A DNA stretch of 64,000 nt, taken from contig JAOARC010000037.1 in the NCBI GenBank assembly GCA_025210745.1, positions 447,440 through 511,439 of the forward strand, given 5' to 3'. Each line of letters opens with the position of its first letter. The stretch's first letter is position 1. Positions 19,742-29,578 of this stretch are shown here, one piece after another. The notes below the pieces were generated by a model that saw nothing but the letters and a program-made list of their open reading frames with translations, made no database searches and was not told the origin of the DNA. The stretch comes from Bacteriovoracaceae bacterium. Lineage in GTDB: Bacteria; Bdellovibrionota; Bacteriovoracia; Bacteriovoracales; Bacteriovoracaceae. The translations under genes and the position numbers were made by a program.

Positions 19742-20578
19742 ATGGGCTTAAGAATTAGAACAAATGTAGCTGCTCAAGCAGTACAAAAAAACTTAAGAAA
19801 TGTTGATAGGCAATCCAGTGAGAGCTTTCAAAAGCTAGCTTCTGGTAAAAGAATTGTTAAAGCAGCAGATGATGCAGCTGGTTTAGCGATATCTTCTAAG
19901 ATGGAAGCTGAAATTAGAGGTAATAGAATGGCCTTGAAAAATACTGGTGATGCTATTTCAGTTGTTCAAATCGCTGAGGGTGGGTTGACTGAAACATCAA
20001 ATATTATGACTCGTTTAAGAGAACTTTCTATTCAAGCGGCATCTGATACGGTTGGAGATAAAGAAAGAGAGTTCTTAGACTTAGAATATCAGCAACTTGT
20101 TCAAGAAGTTGATAGGATCTCTAAAACGACTAAGTTTGGAGATGTAGAGTTATTATCAGGTGAAAATGAGACGGGAGAGATGGAATTTCATGTAGGTGCA
20201 TATGGAGATGAATTAAATAAAATTAAATTCGATTCAGAGTATACTGATGCGACGGCATCAAATCTAGGAGTTGAGGGAACAGGAATTTCTTCAAAGTCAG
20301 ATGCTATTGATAACTTAGAGGCAATTGATAATGCTATTCAAAAAGTTTCTGGATTTAGGGCCAACTTTGGTGCGATTCAATCAAGATTACAGACAACTGC
20401 TGTTAATTTAGATTCACAAATTACTAATACAGAGGCGGCGAAGTCACAAATTCAAGACGTTGATGTAGCGGCAGAATCATCTAAAATTGCTAGTAATAAT
20501 GTATTTAAGCAAGCAGCAACTTCAGTTCTTGCTCAAGCTAATAATATACCTAATACAGCACTGAGATTGATTGGGTAA
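19742..20578 (+). CDS. fliC: flagellin (short, 278 aa)
   Basis: N-terminal MGLRIRTNVAAQAVQKNL...LASGKRI..AADDAAGLAIS, C-terminal QANNIPNTALRLIG. SD AAGGAGA. Confidence 0.9.
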   Translation: MGLRIRTNVAAQAVQKNLRNVDRQSSESFQKLASGKRIVKAADDAAGLAISSKMEAEIRGNRMALKNTGDAISVVQIAEGGLTETSNIMTRLRELSIQAASDTVGDKEREFLDLEYQQLVQEVDRISKTTKFGDVELLSGENETGEMEFHVGAYGDELNKIKFDSEYTDATASNLGVEGTGISSKSDAIDNLEAIDNAIQKVSGFRANFGAIQSRLQTTAVNLDSQITNTEAAKSQIQDVDVAAESSKIASNNVFKQAATSVLAQANNIPNTALRLIG

Positions 20579-20654
20579 TTAAATATAAGTATAATAACAA
20601 TCTTAAGCCTCCTTCCCCCTTAGGCATAGACCTTTGGGGGAAATAAAAGGCAAA

Positions 20655-21413
20655 ATGAAAATTATGAAACCAAGTAATAAATTACAGCAAACTACAGATA
20701 GAGCAATGATAGAAAGCTTTATCTGTAACACGAAGCAAGATCAAAGATCTGTTTTGGCATGGAAATTTGTTGATGGAAAAAAAGTTACGGTAAAGGTTTA
20801 TATAAGAGTTATTAGATTATTTAAAAGTGAATTTGTTATTAAAGCAAAATCCTCTAATGATCAGCAGTTATTTGATGACTTAACTGTTGGTTCTCAAGAA
20901 ATTAATATTTTTTTTCCTGATGATGTTGTTATTTTTAGGACAAAAATAAAGTCTAGAGATAATTACTTAAAAGATATTACTTTAGGTATTCCAAGTTCAA
21001 TAGCATTAATAAACAGAAGAAAATCTCTTCGTTATGTTATAGGGGATGACAAGGATGTTTCAATACATTTTTTCAAGGAAAAAAGTGTATTATTTGATTC
21101 ATTTCAAAGGTTTGAAAAGCCAAGCTTTGATATTAGTACTGGAGGAATTTCATTTATAGTATCTAGGACAGAAAAAAAGATGTTTAGTGGTGATGATATT
21201 ATTGGAAACTTAGAAGTTGAAATTGCTGATAAACGAATAAATGTGATGGCACAAGTCGTAAATGTTTATGAGATTAACCCAGATGAAAGAAATGATTTTA
21301 TGTATAAAAGCTATAAAGTTTCTTTGAAGTTTTTATCTTTGTTGGAAGAAGACAAAGATATTATTGATAGTTATATTCTAGAGAAAATTTCATTAAATAA
21401 AGATGTTTCATAA
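20655..21413 (+). CDS. PilZ-domain (c-di-GMP-binding) protein
   Basis: RRKSLRY (RxxxR) followed by DISTGGISF (DxSxxG). First ATG is 20655; the track start 20634 is TTG. Confidence 0.7.
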   Translation: MKIMKPSNKLQQTTDRAMIESFICNTKQDQRSVLAWKFVDGKKVTVKVYIRVIRLFKSEFVIKAKSSNDQQLFDDLTVGSQEINIFFPDDVVIFRTKIKSRDNYLKDITLGIPSSIALINRRKSLRYVIGDDKDVSIHFFKEKSVLFDSFQRFEKPSFDISTGGISFIVSRTEKKMFSGDDIIGNLEVEIADKRINVMAQVVNVYEINPDERNDFMYKSYKVSLKFLSLLEEDKDIIDSYILEKISLNKDVS

Positions 21414-21434
21414 AAAGTTTGTTATAATTGCATT

Positions 21435-22154
21435 ATGCAGATAAGCTCTATATCAGACATACACATTAAGCTTAAAGATGATATTGGCTATAGAATACTA
21501 TGTCGATTTTTAAGCTCTCAAACGGTCATAGGTTCAGATTATATTGTATTAGCTGGTGATATTTTCGATTTAATGGTTGGTGATAAAAAACAGTATCTTC
21601 AAGAATACTCGGTTATATTTGATATGTTAAAAAATATATTATTTGAAGGGAAAAAAATAATATACATTGAAGGTAATCATGATTTTCATATAAGTAAGAT
21701 GCTTAGAAGTTTTTTTAATTCGAAAAACTTCATTCCTGTAAAAGGATATATTGTTTTAAGAGATGGAGAAAGAAAAATTTATGTTTCTCATGGAGATGAA
21801 GTCGATTATACGGATCTTGCTTATCTAAGATGGAAAAAAATATATTCTTTGAAATGCTTTTCTTTTTTTGTAAATACTTTTCTTCCATACCATTTTATAA
21901 AATGGGTCGGGGATAGAGCTTCAAAGAACTCTCGTAAAAGAGGTAAGAAAAAATTTAATTATGAAAAAGCAAAAAAGAAATATTTAAGGCTTCTTTGCGA
22001 ATTTCAGAATATAAAAGGGTATGATTATTATATTTTAGGTCATACACATATTAAAGTTTTAACTGATAATGTTATAAATAATGGTTTTCCCATTGAGCAT
22101 GGATTATATTCATTCTATGATAATGGTGTGCTAGAGCTAAAAGAAATTATTTAA
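21435..22154 (+). CDS. lpxH: UDP-2,3-diacylglucosamine hydrolase LpxH (calcineurin-like metallophosphoesterase)
   Basis: ISDIHI, AGDIFDLMVGD, GNHD, HGD, GHTH. About 240 aa. Confidence 0.7.
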   Translation: MQISSISDIHIKLKDDIGYRILCRFLSSQTVIGSDYIVLAGDIFDLMVGDKKQYLQEYSVIFDMLKNILFEGKKIIYIEGNHDFHISKMLRSFFNSKNFIPVKGYIVLRDGERKIYVSHGDEVDYTDLAYLRWKKIYSLKCFSFFVNTFLPYHFIKWVGDRASKNSRKRGKKKFNYEKAKKKYLRLLCEFQNIKGYDYYILGHTHIKVLTDNVINNGFPIEHGLYSFYDNGVLELKEII

Positions 22155-23032
22155 TTTCTGCCGTGAACTAGCTTTTCTTTTAAGATATTAAAATATTCTC
22201 TTTCTTTATTTTTGATAAAACGGATTGTTTTATTTGAATCTTTAAAGACTGTTATATCTGAACTTTTAGAAATCTTTATTGCCACTTGGCCATCAATAGT
22301 TGCGATTGCATCTTCTGTATTATCTAGAATACTAACTTTGAGTTCTAAATAGTCGGGTAGGACAAGAGGTCTGTGTGTAAGTGAATGAGGACAAACAGGA
22401 GTTACAATAAAAGCATTTAGTCCTGGATGAACAAGAGGTCCTCCAGCGGCTAGAGAATATGCAGTTGATCCTGTTGGAGAACTTATGATTAGTCCATCAC
22501 CAGATAAATTATAAATATGTTCTTGCGAACTTTCTATCGATAGATTTAGCATTCTAGCAATATTATTTTTATTAAAAACAACATCGTTTAAAAATGAATA
22601 TGTTTGACCATTAATTTTTAAGGTATAAAGTTGATGGCTTTCAAAAACAAAGTGACCTGCAAATACTGCATTCAGTTCTTCATAAAATTCTGTTTTTTGA
22701 AATTCCGTAATAAAACCTAGTCGACCCATATTGATACCAAAAACAGGTATTGAAGAAGGTATGTCACGGGTTAAGCCTAGTAGTGTACCATCACCCCCCA
22801 TAGAAATAGCAAGATCAATACTTGAAAAAAATTGATCTTTTTCTAAAAAGTGAACTTTATCAAGTGTTTTATTTGTTGTAATAGAAAGAAGTCTTTTTTG
22901 CTCGGAGGATAATAAAAAAATATTTTTATCTCTTTTTGAAAGCCAACGAACCAAATTTGTAACAATATTACCAAGATCATCAAATGTCGTTGGCTTGAGA
23001 ATAATTCCTATATTATTGAAAGTACTATTCAT
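22151..23032 (-). CDS. nadK: NAD(+) kinase
   Basis: GGDGTLLG, NDVV, SPTGSTAYSLAAGGP. Confidence 0.85.
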   Translation of the reverse strand: MNSTFNNIGIILKPTTFDDLGNIVTNLVRWLSKRDKNIFLLSSEQKRLLSITTNKTLDKVHFLEKDQFFSSIDLAISMGGDGTLLGLTRDIPSSIPVFGINMGRLGFITEFQKTEFYEELNAVFAGHFVFESHQLYTLKINGQTYSFLNDVVFNKNNIARMLNLSIESSQEHIYNLSGDGLIISSPTGSTAYSLAAGGPLVHPGLNAFIVTPVCPHSLTHRPLVLPDYLELKVSILDNTEDAIATIDGQVAIKISKSSDITVFKDSNKTIRFIKNKEREYFNILKEKLVHGRN

Positions 23033-23396
23033 CTTTTTTACCTTCTATAATTGTATTTATTGCTGATCTTATATCTTCGAATGGCTTATTTAGTATGAGA
23101 CAGTTATATTTTTTAGCTTTTTCAATAACTTGTTCAGAAGAATATGCAGTTATAATTATAAAAATGTTGCTAATTTGATTATTTGTAAATATAGATTTCA
23201 TTTCTTCTATGATATCAAAGCCAGTGATATCTTTTAACATCAGATCGCAAACAACTCTTTCATACTTGTTAGTTTTAAGTAAATTAATTGCTTCCTTTCC
23301 TTGAGTTGCAGTATCCACATTAATATCAAATTTTTCTAAAAGTTTTTTTAGAGATTGTTGTATTAAAATTTCATCTTCTATAATTAAAACATTCAT
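23025..23396 (-). CDS. single-domain response regulator (CheY-like receiver)
   Basis: LIIEDE, phospho-acceptor context VVCDLMLKD, LNKPF. 123 aa, no output domain. Confidence 0.8.
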   Translation of the reverse strand: MNVLIIEDEILIQQSLKKLLEKFDINVDTATQGKEAINLLKTNKYERVVCDLMLKDITGFDIIEEMKSIFTNNQISNIFIIITAYSSEQVIEKAKKYNCLILNKPFEDIRSAINTIIEGKKDE

Positions 23397-25003
23397 GTTT
23401 TTAGCTCTAATCTAAAGTGAGCTCCATTTTTGTGAGGTAAAACAAACAAATTACCTCCGAGCTTTTTTGCAAGACTTTTTGATATAGACAAGCCTAAGCC
23501 AGTCCCACTATTTTTAGTTGTAAAAAAACTATCGAAAATATTTTGCATTTGATTTTGATCTATACCTGGGCCATTGTCAATGAAGTCAATAGTGATTTTA
23601 CTTTTATCATCACAAAAGGTTATGTTTAATGTTGGACTTTTTATTGACTCACAAGCTTGAGTCGTATTAAGAATAAGATTGAAGAAAATCTGAGCCAACC
23701 ACGTTTGATTAGTACTAATTTTAAGATTGTCTTTATCGTATTTACTAAGATTAAAAGTATATATTTTTTTTATTCTTTTTGATTCACTTTTTGTTAGGGT
23801 AAAGACTTCTTCTAGTATGCTTAATAAGTTACATTCTTCAAAAGTTGTTTTGTCATTAAATAGAGCTTGGAAATTATTAATAATCTTTTGACATCTTTTA
23901 GTATTAATATTGATTTCTCTTAAAAATGTTATTTGATCTTCTTCAAGGTTTTCTAATAAAAGAAGTTCGCTAGATAATTGCAATCCAAAAAGAGGGTTAC
24001 TAAGTTCATGTTTTAATGTATTGAGCAGGTCGCCAAGTAAACTTACTCTTTCTTTATGGTGAAGTTCTGTTTGATTAATAAGTTTTTGAGGACTTAAATT
24101 AACTTCAAATATTTTGTTATCAATCTCAATTTCTTTTGTATTTGCTTCATATTCTGTGTAAGAATCCTTCTTCCTTATAGGAAAAATTGAATTTGAAATT
24201 ATATTTTTAAAGAAGTCTTGATTGTTTTTCTTGTAATCTTGTTTGAGATAGAAGTGTATGAATAATGGTATAAAATGAATAAGTATTTTAAAGGAGTCTT
24301 TTTCTTCTGGCGCTTGAGGTAGAAAGTCATTTCGACTCAAGAGGATTATAAAGCTATAGTGCTTATAGCTAAATTCATGTGCCAAAAAAGTTCCTAGTAT
24401 ATTAAATACATCACCCTTGATCTCTTTTTCACCATAAGAGCGATTTTTTGATTTTTTTACAGAGTTAAACAAATCAGTATAATTTTTTATAGGAATTTCT
24501 GAAGCTCTGATAATTTGTCTTCCAAACTCTTGATGTAGAGATCTTAACTTTCCCTTTTCATGAGAGATTAAATGAAAACTTGTAAATTGTTTGAATTGTT
24601 TGATTTTTAATATAAGCTTACAAAAATCTTCTAGAGAGTCACTTATACTAAAGGCATTATAAATATCACTTATGAGGACATATTGATTAGACCACTCTTT
24701 GTAATCTGTTATGAGTTTTTTAAATGAATGTATTTTTTTCTTCTTCTGTCTGTTGCTTTTATTAATTAGCATAAGAGAAGACCTTAAAATATTATTTAAG
24801 CTAATATTTTGGGGAACTTTTATTGTTGATTCTGAGTATGTTAAGGAAATTACATTATTAGTTTTTTGAATATGAATAGTATTTTTTCCATTACAAAAAT
24901 CTTTTAAATAGTTATAAAAAGTTTCTTTGTGTATAGAGTTGTCTATTTCAAATCTTAAAGACTGTTTATATTTTTGATAAATGGAATTGCTTGTATTTTC
25001 CAT
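23393..25003 (-). CDS. sensor histidine kinase, apparently cytoplasmic, with uncharacterised ~310-aa N-terminal region
   Basis: H-box LKHELSNPL, N-box FFNLILNTTQA, DNGPGI, GTGLGLSISK. No convincing TM segment. Confidence 0.8.
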   Translation of the reverse strand: MENTSNSIYQKYKQSLRFEIDNSIHKETFYNYLKDFCNGKNTIHIQKTNNVISLTYSESTIKVPQNISLNNILRSSLMLINKSNRQKKKKIHSFKKLITDYKEWSNQYVLISDIYNAFSISDSLEDFCKLILKIKQFKQFTSFHLISHEKGKLRSLHQEFGRQIIRASEIPIKNYTDLFNSVKKSKNRSYGEKEIKGDVFNILGTFLAHEFSYKHYSFIILLSRNDFLPQAPEEKDSFKILIHFIPLFIHFYLKQDYKKNNQDFFKNIISNSIFPIRKKDSYTEYEANTKEIEIDNKIFEVNLSPQKLINQTELHHKERVSLLGDLLNTLKHELSNPLFGLQLSSELLLLENLEEDQITFLREININTKRCQKIINNFQALFNDKTTFEECNLLSILEEVFTLTKSESKRIKKIYTFNLSKYDKDNLKISTNQTWLAQIFFNLILNTTQACESIKSPTLNITFCDDKSKITIDFIDNGPGIDQNQMQNIFDSFFTTKNSGTGLGLSISKSLAKKLGGNLFVLPHKNGAHFRLELKT

Positions 25004-25575
25004 TGTGTTAGATTATCTTTAAGCTCATATTCTAGCAAGTCAGTAAGCATAATATTGTCATGGTTTTTATTGGCAATATTAATACCCTTAACAATTGATA
25101 GTAAGTGTATTTCTAATTCTTTTATACTAAAACCATTGGCCTGCTTTATATCATTGTTTATACTTAGAGCTTTATGAAGCTGTCCAATGAGTTGTATTGT
25201 AAGATCAATATTTTCAATGATATTTGCAAGAATAATTTTTGCATTATGAAACTTTTGTTTATTTATAGATAGACAACATTTATTAATATTATTTAGAATT
25301 TTGTCTAGATGTTGCGGGATGAAGTCTAAGCTTTCTTGAACAATACTACTGCGCTTAGAGTATATAATATTAATATTAGAATTATTATCAATTTTCTGTT
25401 CTAAAAAATCTTTATTTTCTTTGAAAGTGATCACTTTTTGATCAAAAATAATTTTTGAAATAAATTCATCTTTTTTTAAGTAAAGATCCTTAATTGTGGG
25501 AATTAGCTCTGAAATAGTTCTATAGTTAGAAATATTGATATCTTTATCAATATGATTAAGTTGTATTTGTGGCAT
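24955..25575 (-). CDS. hypothetical protein (206 aa) of the fliD-operon accessory module
   Basis: GGGGG SD precedes ATG 25575 (MPQIQL...); the track start 25611 overlaps the upstream gene. No family recognised. 49-nt overlap with the kinase start. Confidence 0.5.
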   Translation of the reverse strand: MPQIQLNHIDKDINISNYRTISELIPTIKDLYLKKDEFISKIIFDQKVITFKENKDFLEQKIDNNSNINIIYSKRSSIVQESLDFIPQHLDKILNNINKCCLSINKQKFHNAKIILANIIENIDLTIQLIGQLHKALSINNDIKQANGFSIKELEIHLLSIVKGINIANKNHDNIMLTDLLEYELKDNLTQWKIQAIPFIKNINSL

Positions 25576-25588
25576 CTTGCCCCCTAAG

Positions 25589-27238
25589 TTAAACATCCTT
25601 GTTAGCACCACTTATTATTTTGGGCCCTAAAGTCGAATTAGTCAAATCTTCAATAAGAGCAATAAAATTTTGAGCTTCATAGAATGAAATAAGGTTGTTT
25701 TGAGTTATTTCAAATATATTAGATCCTTTAGAGTTTAGACGATTGACATAAAAGAAATCAGCAAAGGGTTTTAATAGTTTATAATTGCTTGTAGTAATAT
25801 CAATTAACTTATCAATTTCATCAAGTTTTTTTACGTTTTCTTTTATTAGAGTTTTATCTTTTCGTTTATGATCAATTTGTTCTAAAATTGTATTGCAAGT
25901 ATTAATACCATGTAGATAGAGCTCTGTGAGATATGTATAACCATCTGTAAGAATAGAAAGAGTATTAATTGCTTCTTGAGATAACTTTGGCGGATTTATA
26001 TTAAGTTCTATTTTTGATAGATGATAAGCCCAAGCAAGTCGAGAGAAGGTTTTTATTGTTGCTTGCGAGCTAAGCTTTGTACCACATAAGTTCTCATTGA
26101 AAATACCAAATTGATCGAATGATGATTTTAAAATATTAACATTGGTTAATAGAAACATATTAACATTTTCAGAAATATTTTTTGAATTAATGGTATGTTC
26201 TTTAAGATATATATTTGTTAGGGAACAAATAAGTGCTGGTGTAATGTCTTTTTTACATGGAAGCTCAGAGCATTTACTCTTTGAATTACAGGGAGCGCAT
26301 ACTCTATTAGAAACAAGAGTAATTACTTTGTCACTATATGCAGTTGTCTGATCTGGTTTTACTGGACCTAAAGAAACAATAATAGAATTTAATTCAGCTA
26401 TTGCTGCTAGATGAGAAACCATAGAGTCATGGCCGAGAAAAATTTTAGATCTTAAAAGTAAATCAAAAGTATCTTGTATACTGTTTTTACCTAAGCAATT
26501 AATAATTCTGTCTTTATATTTATTTATAAGAGGACGAGATGTCATCATTTTGTTATAAGATGTTAACTCACTAGATGTTCCAACCACAGCGACTTTATAA
26601 GTGGGAAAATCTTGTAATAATCGAATAATTGTCTCAGCCCAATCTTCACTTTTCCACATCTTTTTTTGATGAGAAGCAAAAGGATGTATAGTAATGATAT
26701 TTTCTTTTATAACTTCTTCGTGATATCTAAAGCCGTGTGCTAGTTTGGCACCTAGTGTATGTTTGAAAATATCAACGAGATTAAATGGACTATAATCAAC
26801 ATCTAGAACATTTGAATAGACGAATTGACTCCACTTATCATCAATTGCGATTTGACCATGACTATTGATATAAGGCCCCATTTTTACTTTAGCATCAATT
26901 AGAGAAAGAATATGAGCTGATGAACGACTAAAAGAAAAGTTTACGGCGAGATTAAATTTTTTATGATTTACTTCTTGAAAAAATGACGACATGATATCAA
27001 GTGATTGATGGACGGTTAAGTTTTTAACTCTTGGAACAAAGTCTTGCGTGTCAAAAAGAATAATGTCGTCAAAAACATTTTCTAATAAAAAAAGTAAGCC
27101 TGAAGCCATTTTTCTACGTGCAACTAGAGTTAAAGAGATATTTTTGTTTTCTAACTTGAGCTGTCTTGCAGCTTGGTAAGTTTGAAGTATGTCTCCAATT
27201 CTAGTTGTTTGAATAATACAAATATTTAATTTATTCAC
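25589..27238 (-). CDS. glycosyltransferase family 9 (heptosyltransferase-like) protein with ~200-aa C-terminal helical extension
   Basis: ICIIQTTRIGDILQTYQAARQLK, HQKKMWKSEDWAETI, GHDSMVSHLAAIA, Cys cluster VCAPCNSKSKCSELPC. GTG start preceded by AAGGAAG. Confidence 0.7.
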   Translation of the reverse strand: MNKLNICIIQTTRIGDILQTYQAARQLKLENKNISLTLVARRKMASGLLFLLENVFDDIILFDTQDFVPRVKNLTVHQSLDIMSSFFQEVNHKKFNLAVNFSFSRSSAHILSLIDAKVKMGPYINSHGQIAIDDKWSQFVYSNVLDVDYSPFNLVDIFKHTLGAKLAHGFRYHEEVIKENIITIHPFASHQKKMWKSEDWAETIIRLLQDFPTYKVAVVGTSSELTSYNKMMTSRPLINKYKDRIINCLGKNSIQDTFDLLLRSKIFLGHDSMVSHLAAIAELNSIIVSLGPVKPDQTTAYSDKVITLVSNRVCAPCNSKSKCSELPCKKDITPALICSLTNIYLKEHTINSKNISENVNMFLLTNVNILKSSFDQFGIFNENLCGTKLSSQATIKTFSRLAWAYHLSKIELNINPPKLSQEAINTLSILTDGYTYLTELYLHGINTCNTILEQIDHKRKDKTLIKENVKKLDEIDKLIDITTSNYKLLKPFADFFYVNRLNSKGSNIFEITQNNLISFYEAQNFIALIEDLTNSTLGPKIISGANKDV

Positions 27239-27368
27239 TTCTTCCTTCTTCTTGAATTAGCTCCGACAGCAAAAGTAGTTGAATGTCTTTAGAGTCCAGC
27301 ATTTTATTGAGAGATAGTTTTTCATTTATTTCTTTTAGTTTATTTTCAATTTCAGTTTTATAACTCAT
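27231..27368 (-). CDS. unannotated 45-codon ORF bridging the two GT9-like genes (MSYKTEIENKLKEINEKLSLNKMLDSKDIQLLLLSELIQEEGRSE)
   Basis: Hand-translated. Its ATG lies 8 nt before the upstream stop and its TAA overlaps the downstream GTG start (AGTGAATAA). It fills the only >100-nt gap in an otherwise tightly coupled operon. Confidence 0.45.
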   Translation of the reverse strand: MSYKTEIENKLKEINEKLSLNKMLDSKDIQLLLLSELIQEEGRSE

Positions 27369-28929
27369 GTTTAACACCTGTATTTAATTTTAGAATAGGC
27401 GAAGAGAGCTGATCAAGTACCGTCGTTAGTTTTTGTAAATCACTTTTTAGGTTGAATATTTCATTTTCTATAAAGCTTAAATTTTCTTCTTCTTGCTCAC
27501 TTGGTATATTTTCTAGTCTACCTTCAAAAAGATTGTGACAAGCAGCTGTAACAGAGTTTGTCGAGCCAATAAAGATTAAATTGTCTAAATGTCCAATGAA
27601 ATTTTGCAAGTTCGTATCGCTACTATTTGCAACGTTTAATGAACGTATAGCGTTAAGTAATATTCTTATAGAAGAAGAAACTTCTTTTCTAGATTCCATA
27701 AGATATTCTTCTATCTGAGAGTAAGATAAATTCTTTTTAAGATGAGTGATCAAATCTGGGTTACTTTGTTTTCCACAAATTAAATTGTGATAGTATCTCG
27801 TTACTATATAACCAAGTTCTGTTTTTAGATCTATTGGACCATTAATTTGTGTTCTTGTGATACCAAAATCATCTTCGATTGTTTGAAAAGATTTGTTGAG
27901 AAACTCTAATTTATTAATAGATATTTCTAAGTCAAGTTCTTGGTTTAATATGAAAAAGATATCGTTGTGCAAAGTCTCTGGGGTAAGAGACTCTACTATA
28001 AAGTTATCTTCTTTGATAATATTACTTTTTGTGTTATTTTCGATAACCTCAATCACTTTACAATCAAGATTATCTGCAATCATTAGAGTTGCGTTTGATT
28101 GAGATATTAAAAAATCAATATTAATTAAAACACTTGGTAGTGCATCAAGAGTATAGTTTATACTTAATAGATTATTACTAAAATATGAATTAAGTTTATT
28201 AATTGTATCAATTTCAGTGGTTTTTCCCGATGTTAAAAGTACAACTTTAGTGTTTTCACATAATTCTAGCTCTTCTATAGTTGACTTTAAAACGTTGATA
28301 TTCCATTTTTGACCAGAGAAAGAATGAGAAAGGTCTATTCCAATGACTTTCAATCCACTAGTTTTTAAAGGTGCAAATTTCTTAGCTGCAATTAAAGAGA
28401 GTTTTTCGTTTATTTTTATTCCACTTTTTTCATTTGTGTTTTTTAGATTGCAAATATTCATCTTAATTTGATGTTTTCCAATAAAATGTTCTTTAGACTT
28501 TGGAAGATGAAAGTTTTGGTAGTTTGCCCATGAATTATTAGTTAGAGGGTTCCCTTTTTGACTAATAGTCGTTCCAATTTTTTCATTAGCATTTAAGTAG
28601 GAACATATATAGGAACTTGTTAGATCATTTGAATAATTTATTACTTGATCCCATTGGATATCTTTAATTTGTGAAATGACATCAAAAAAAGAATTAAGAG
28701 CAAAAGCGTTACTGTAAAGAGGGTTTTCTAAGTCAGACTTAATACTTTGTTCATTTAAAAGATAAATATTGTTAACATCTTTTATTAAATGAGAATATTT
28801 CTCATTTCTTTCATAACAAAGAAGGTGTATTTGACTGTGAGGCTCGTTTTGTTTTAGTGCGCTAATAAAATTTGCACATCCAATAATATCGCTTGAACCA
28901 CTTAATACCGTAAGTAATATTTTTTTCAT
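27358..28929 (-). CDS. GT9-like paralogue, probably degenerate, with C-terminal helical extension
   Basis: KILLTVLSGSSDIIGCANFISALK N-terminus and SGQKWNINVLKSTI resemble GT9. Same size and architecture as 25589..27238, but lacks the Cys cluster and the DS..H motif. Confidence 0.5.
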   Translation of the reverse strand: MKKILLTVLSGSSDIIGCANFISALKQNEPHSQIHLLCYERNEKYSHLIKDVNNIYLLNEQSIKSDLENPLYSNAFALNSFFDVISQIKDIQWDQVINYSNDLTSSYICSYLNANEKIGTTISQKGNPLTNNSWANYQNFHLPKSKEHFIGKHQIKMNICNLKNTNEKSGIKINEKLSLIAAKKFAPLKTSGLKVIGIDLSHSFSGQKWNINVLKSTIEELELCENTKVVLLTSGKTTEIDTINKLNSYFSNNLLSINYTLDALPSVLINIDFLISQSNATLMIADNLDCKVIEVIENNTKSNIIKEDNFIVESLTPETLHNDIFFILNQELDLEISINKLEFLNKSFQTIEDDFGITRTQINGPIDLKTELGYIVTRYYHNLICGKQSNPDLITHLKKNLSYSQIEEYLMESRKEVSSSIRILLNAIRSLNVANSSDTNLQNFIGHLDNLIFIGSTNSVTAACHNLFEGRLENIPSEQEEENLSFIENEIFNLKSDLQKLTTVLDQLSSPILKLNTGVKHEL

Positions 28930-29567
28930 ATAATAACCTGCTTATTTCGGATAGAGTCGATTGCTAAAAGTGCAAATTCGAAGTTGTTAGTAACTCCTGT
29001 TTGAGTTGTTATTTTTTCTATGACATCGTCAAAACTTTGATTCTGGTACATCTTGAGATGTTGTTTAACATCGATATTATGTACAAGACGAGAAAAGTCT
29101 TGGATTAGCTGTGGTGCTTGATATTTTAAAATGCCTTGGAAAAAGTCATGATATAAAGAGTACGAATTTTCGTGTTTGATAATAGCAGGTTTTGTCTTTA
29201 AGAATTTAACAAATTCAATATTTTCAAAAAGCTCTGAAGTATTCTTTGGGTTAAGAATTTTAATGTCTGATCTCAATCCTTTGAGCCTTTTAAAGTCATT
29301 AATAACTTGTGAGTTTGGTTCAATCACAATGATACTAATTTTTTTATCACCAGCAATTTTAATTATTTCATCGATATGATAGGCAAAGCCTAGCCCTAAA
29401 ATTAAGAAAGAGTTGTTTTCAATAATTGCATTTTGATATTGATTAATTTGTGACTTTGCTTCGATTACAGGGTTGTATATTGAATGAAGATGGACTCCCG
29501 ATATAATAGGAACAAGGTCTCCATTTCTTGCTTTTTTTAACTCATATGTAAGCTCATTTAAATTCAT
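28926..29567 (-). CDS. hypothetical protein, resembles the N-terminal domain of Maf/DUF115-type flagellin glycosyltransferases
   Basis: VHLHSIYNPVIEAKSQ and FLILGLGFAYHI recalled as the Maf N-domain pattern (memory only). ATGA overlap with the next gene. Confidence 0.4.
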   Translation of the reverse strand: MNLNELTYELKKARNGDLVPIISGVHLHSIYNPVIEAKSQINQYQNAIIENNSFLILGLGFAYHIDEIIKIAGDKKISIIVIEPNSQVINDFKRLKGLRSDIKILNPKNTSELFENIEFVKFLKTKPAIIKHENSYSLYHDFFQGILKYQAPQLIQDFSRLVHNIDVKQHLKMYQNQSFDDVIEKITTQTGVTNNFEFALLAIDSIRNKQVII

Positions 29568-29578
29568 ATATCCTTCTT

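Noticed and set aside
20755-20771. Sigma-54-like element TGGCAT-N5-TTTGT.
   Set aside because: It lies inside the PilZ coding sequence, the -12 element lacks the GC dinucleotide, and no gene starts downstream.
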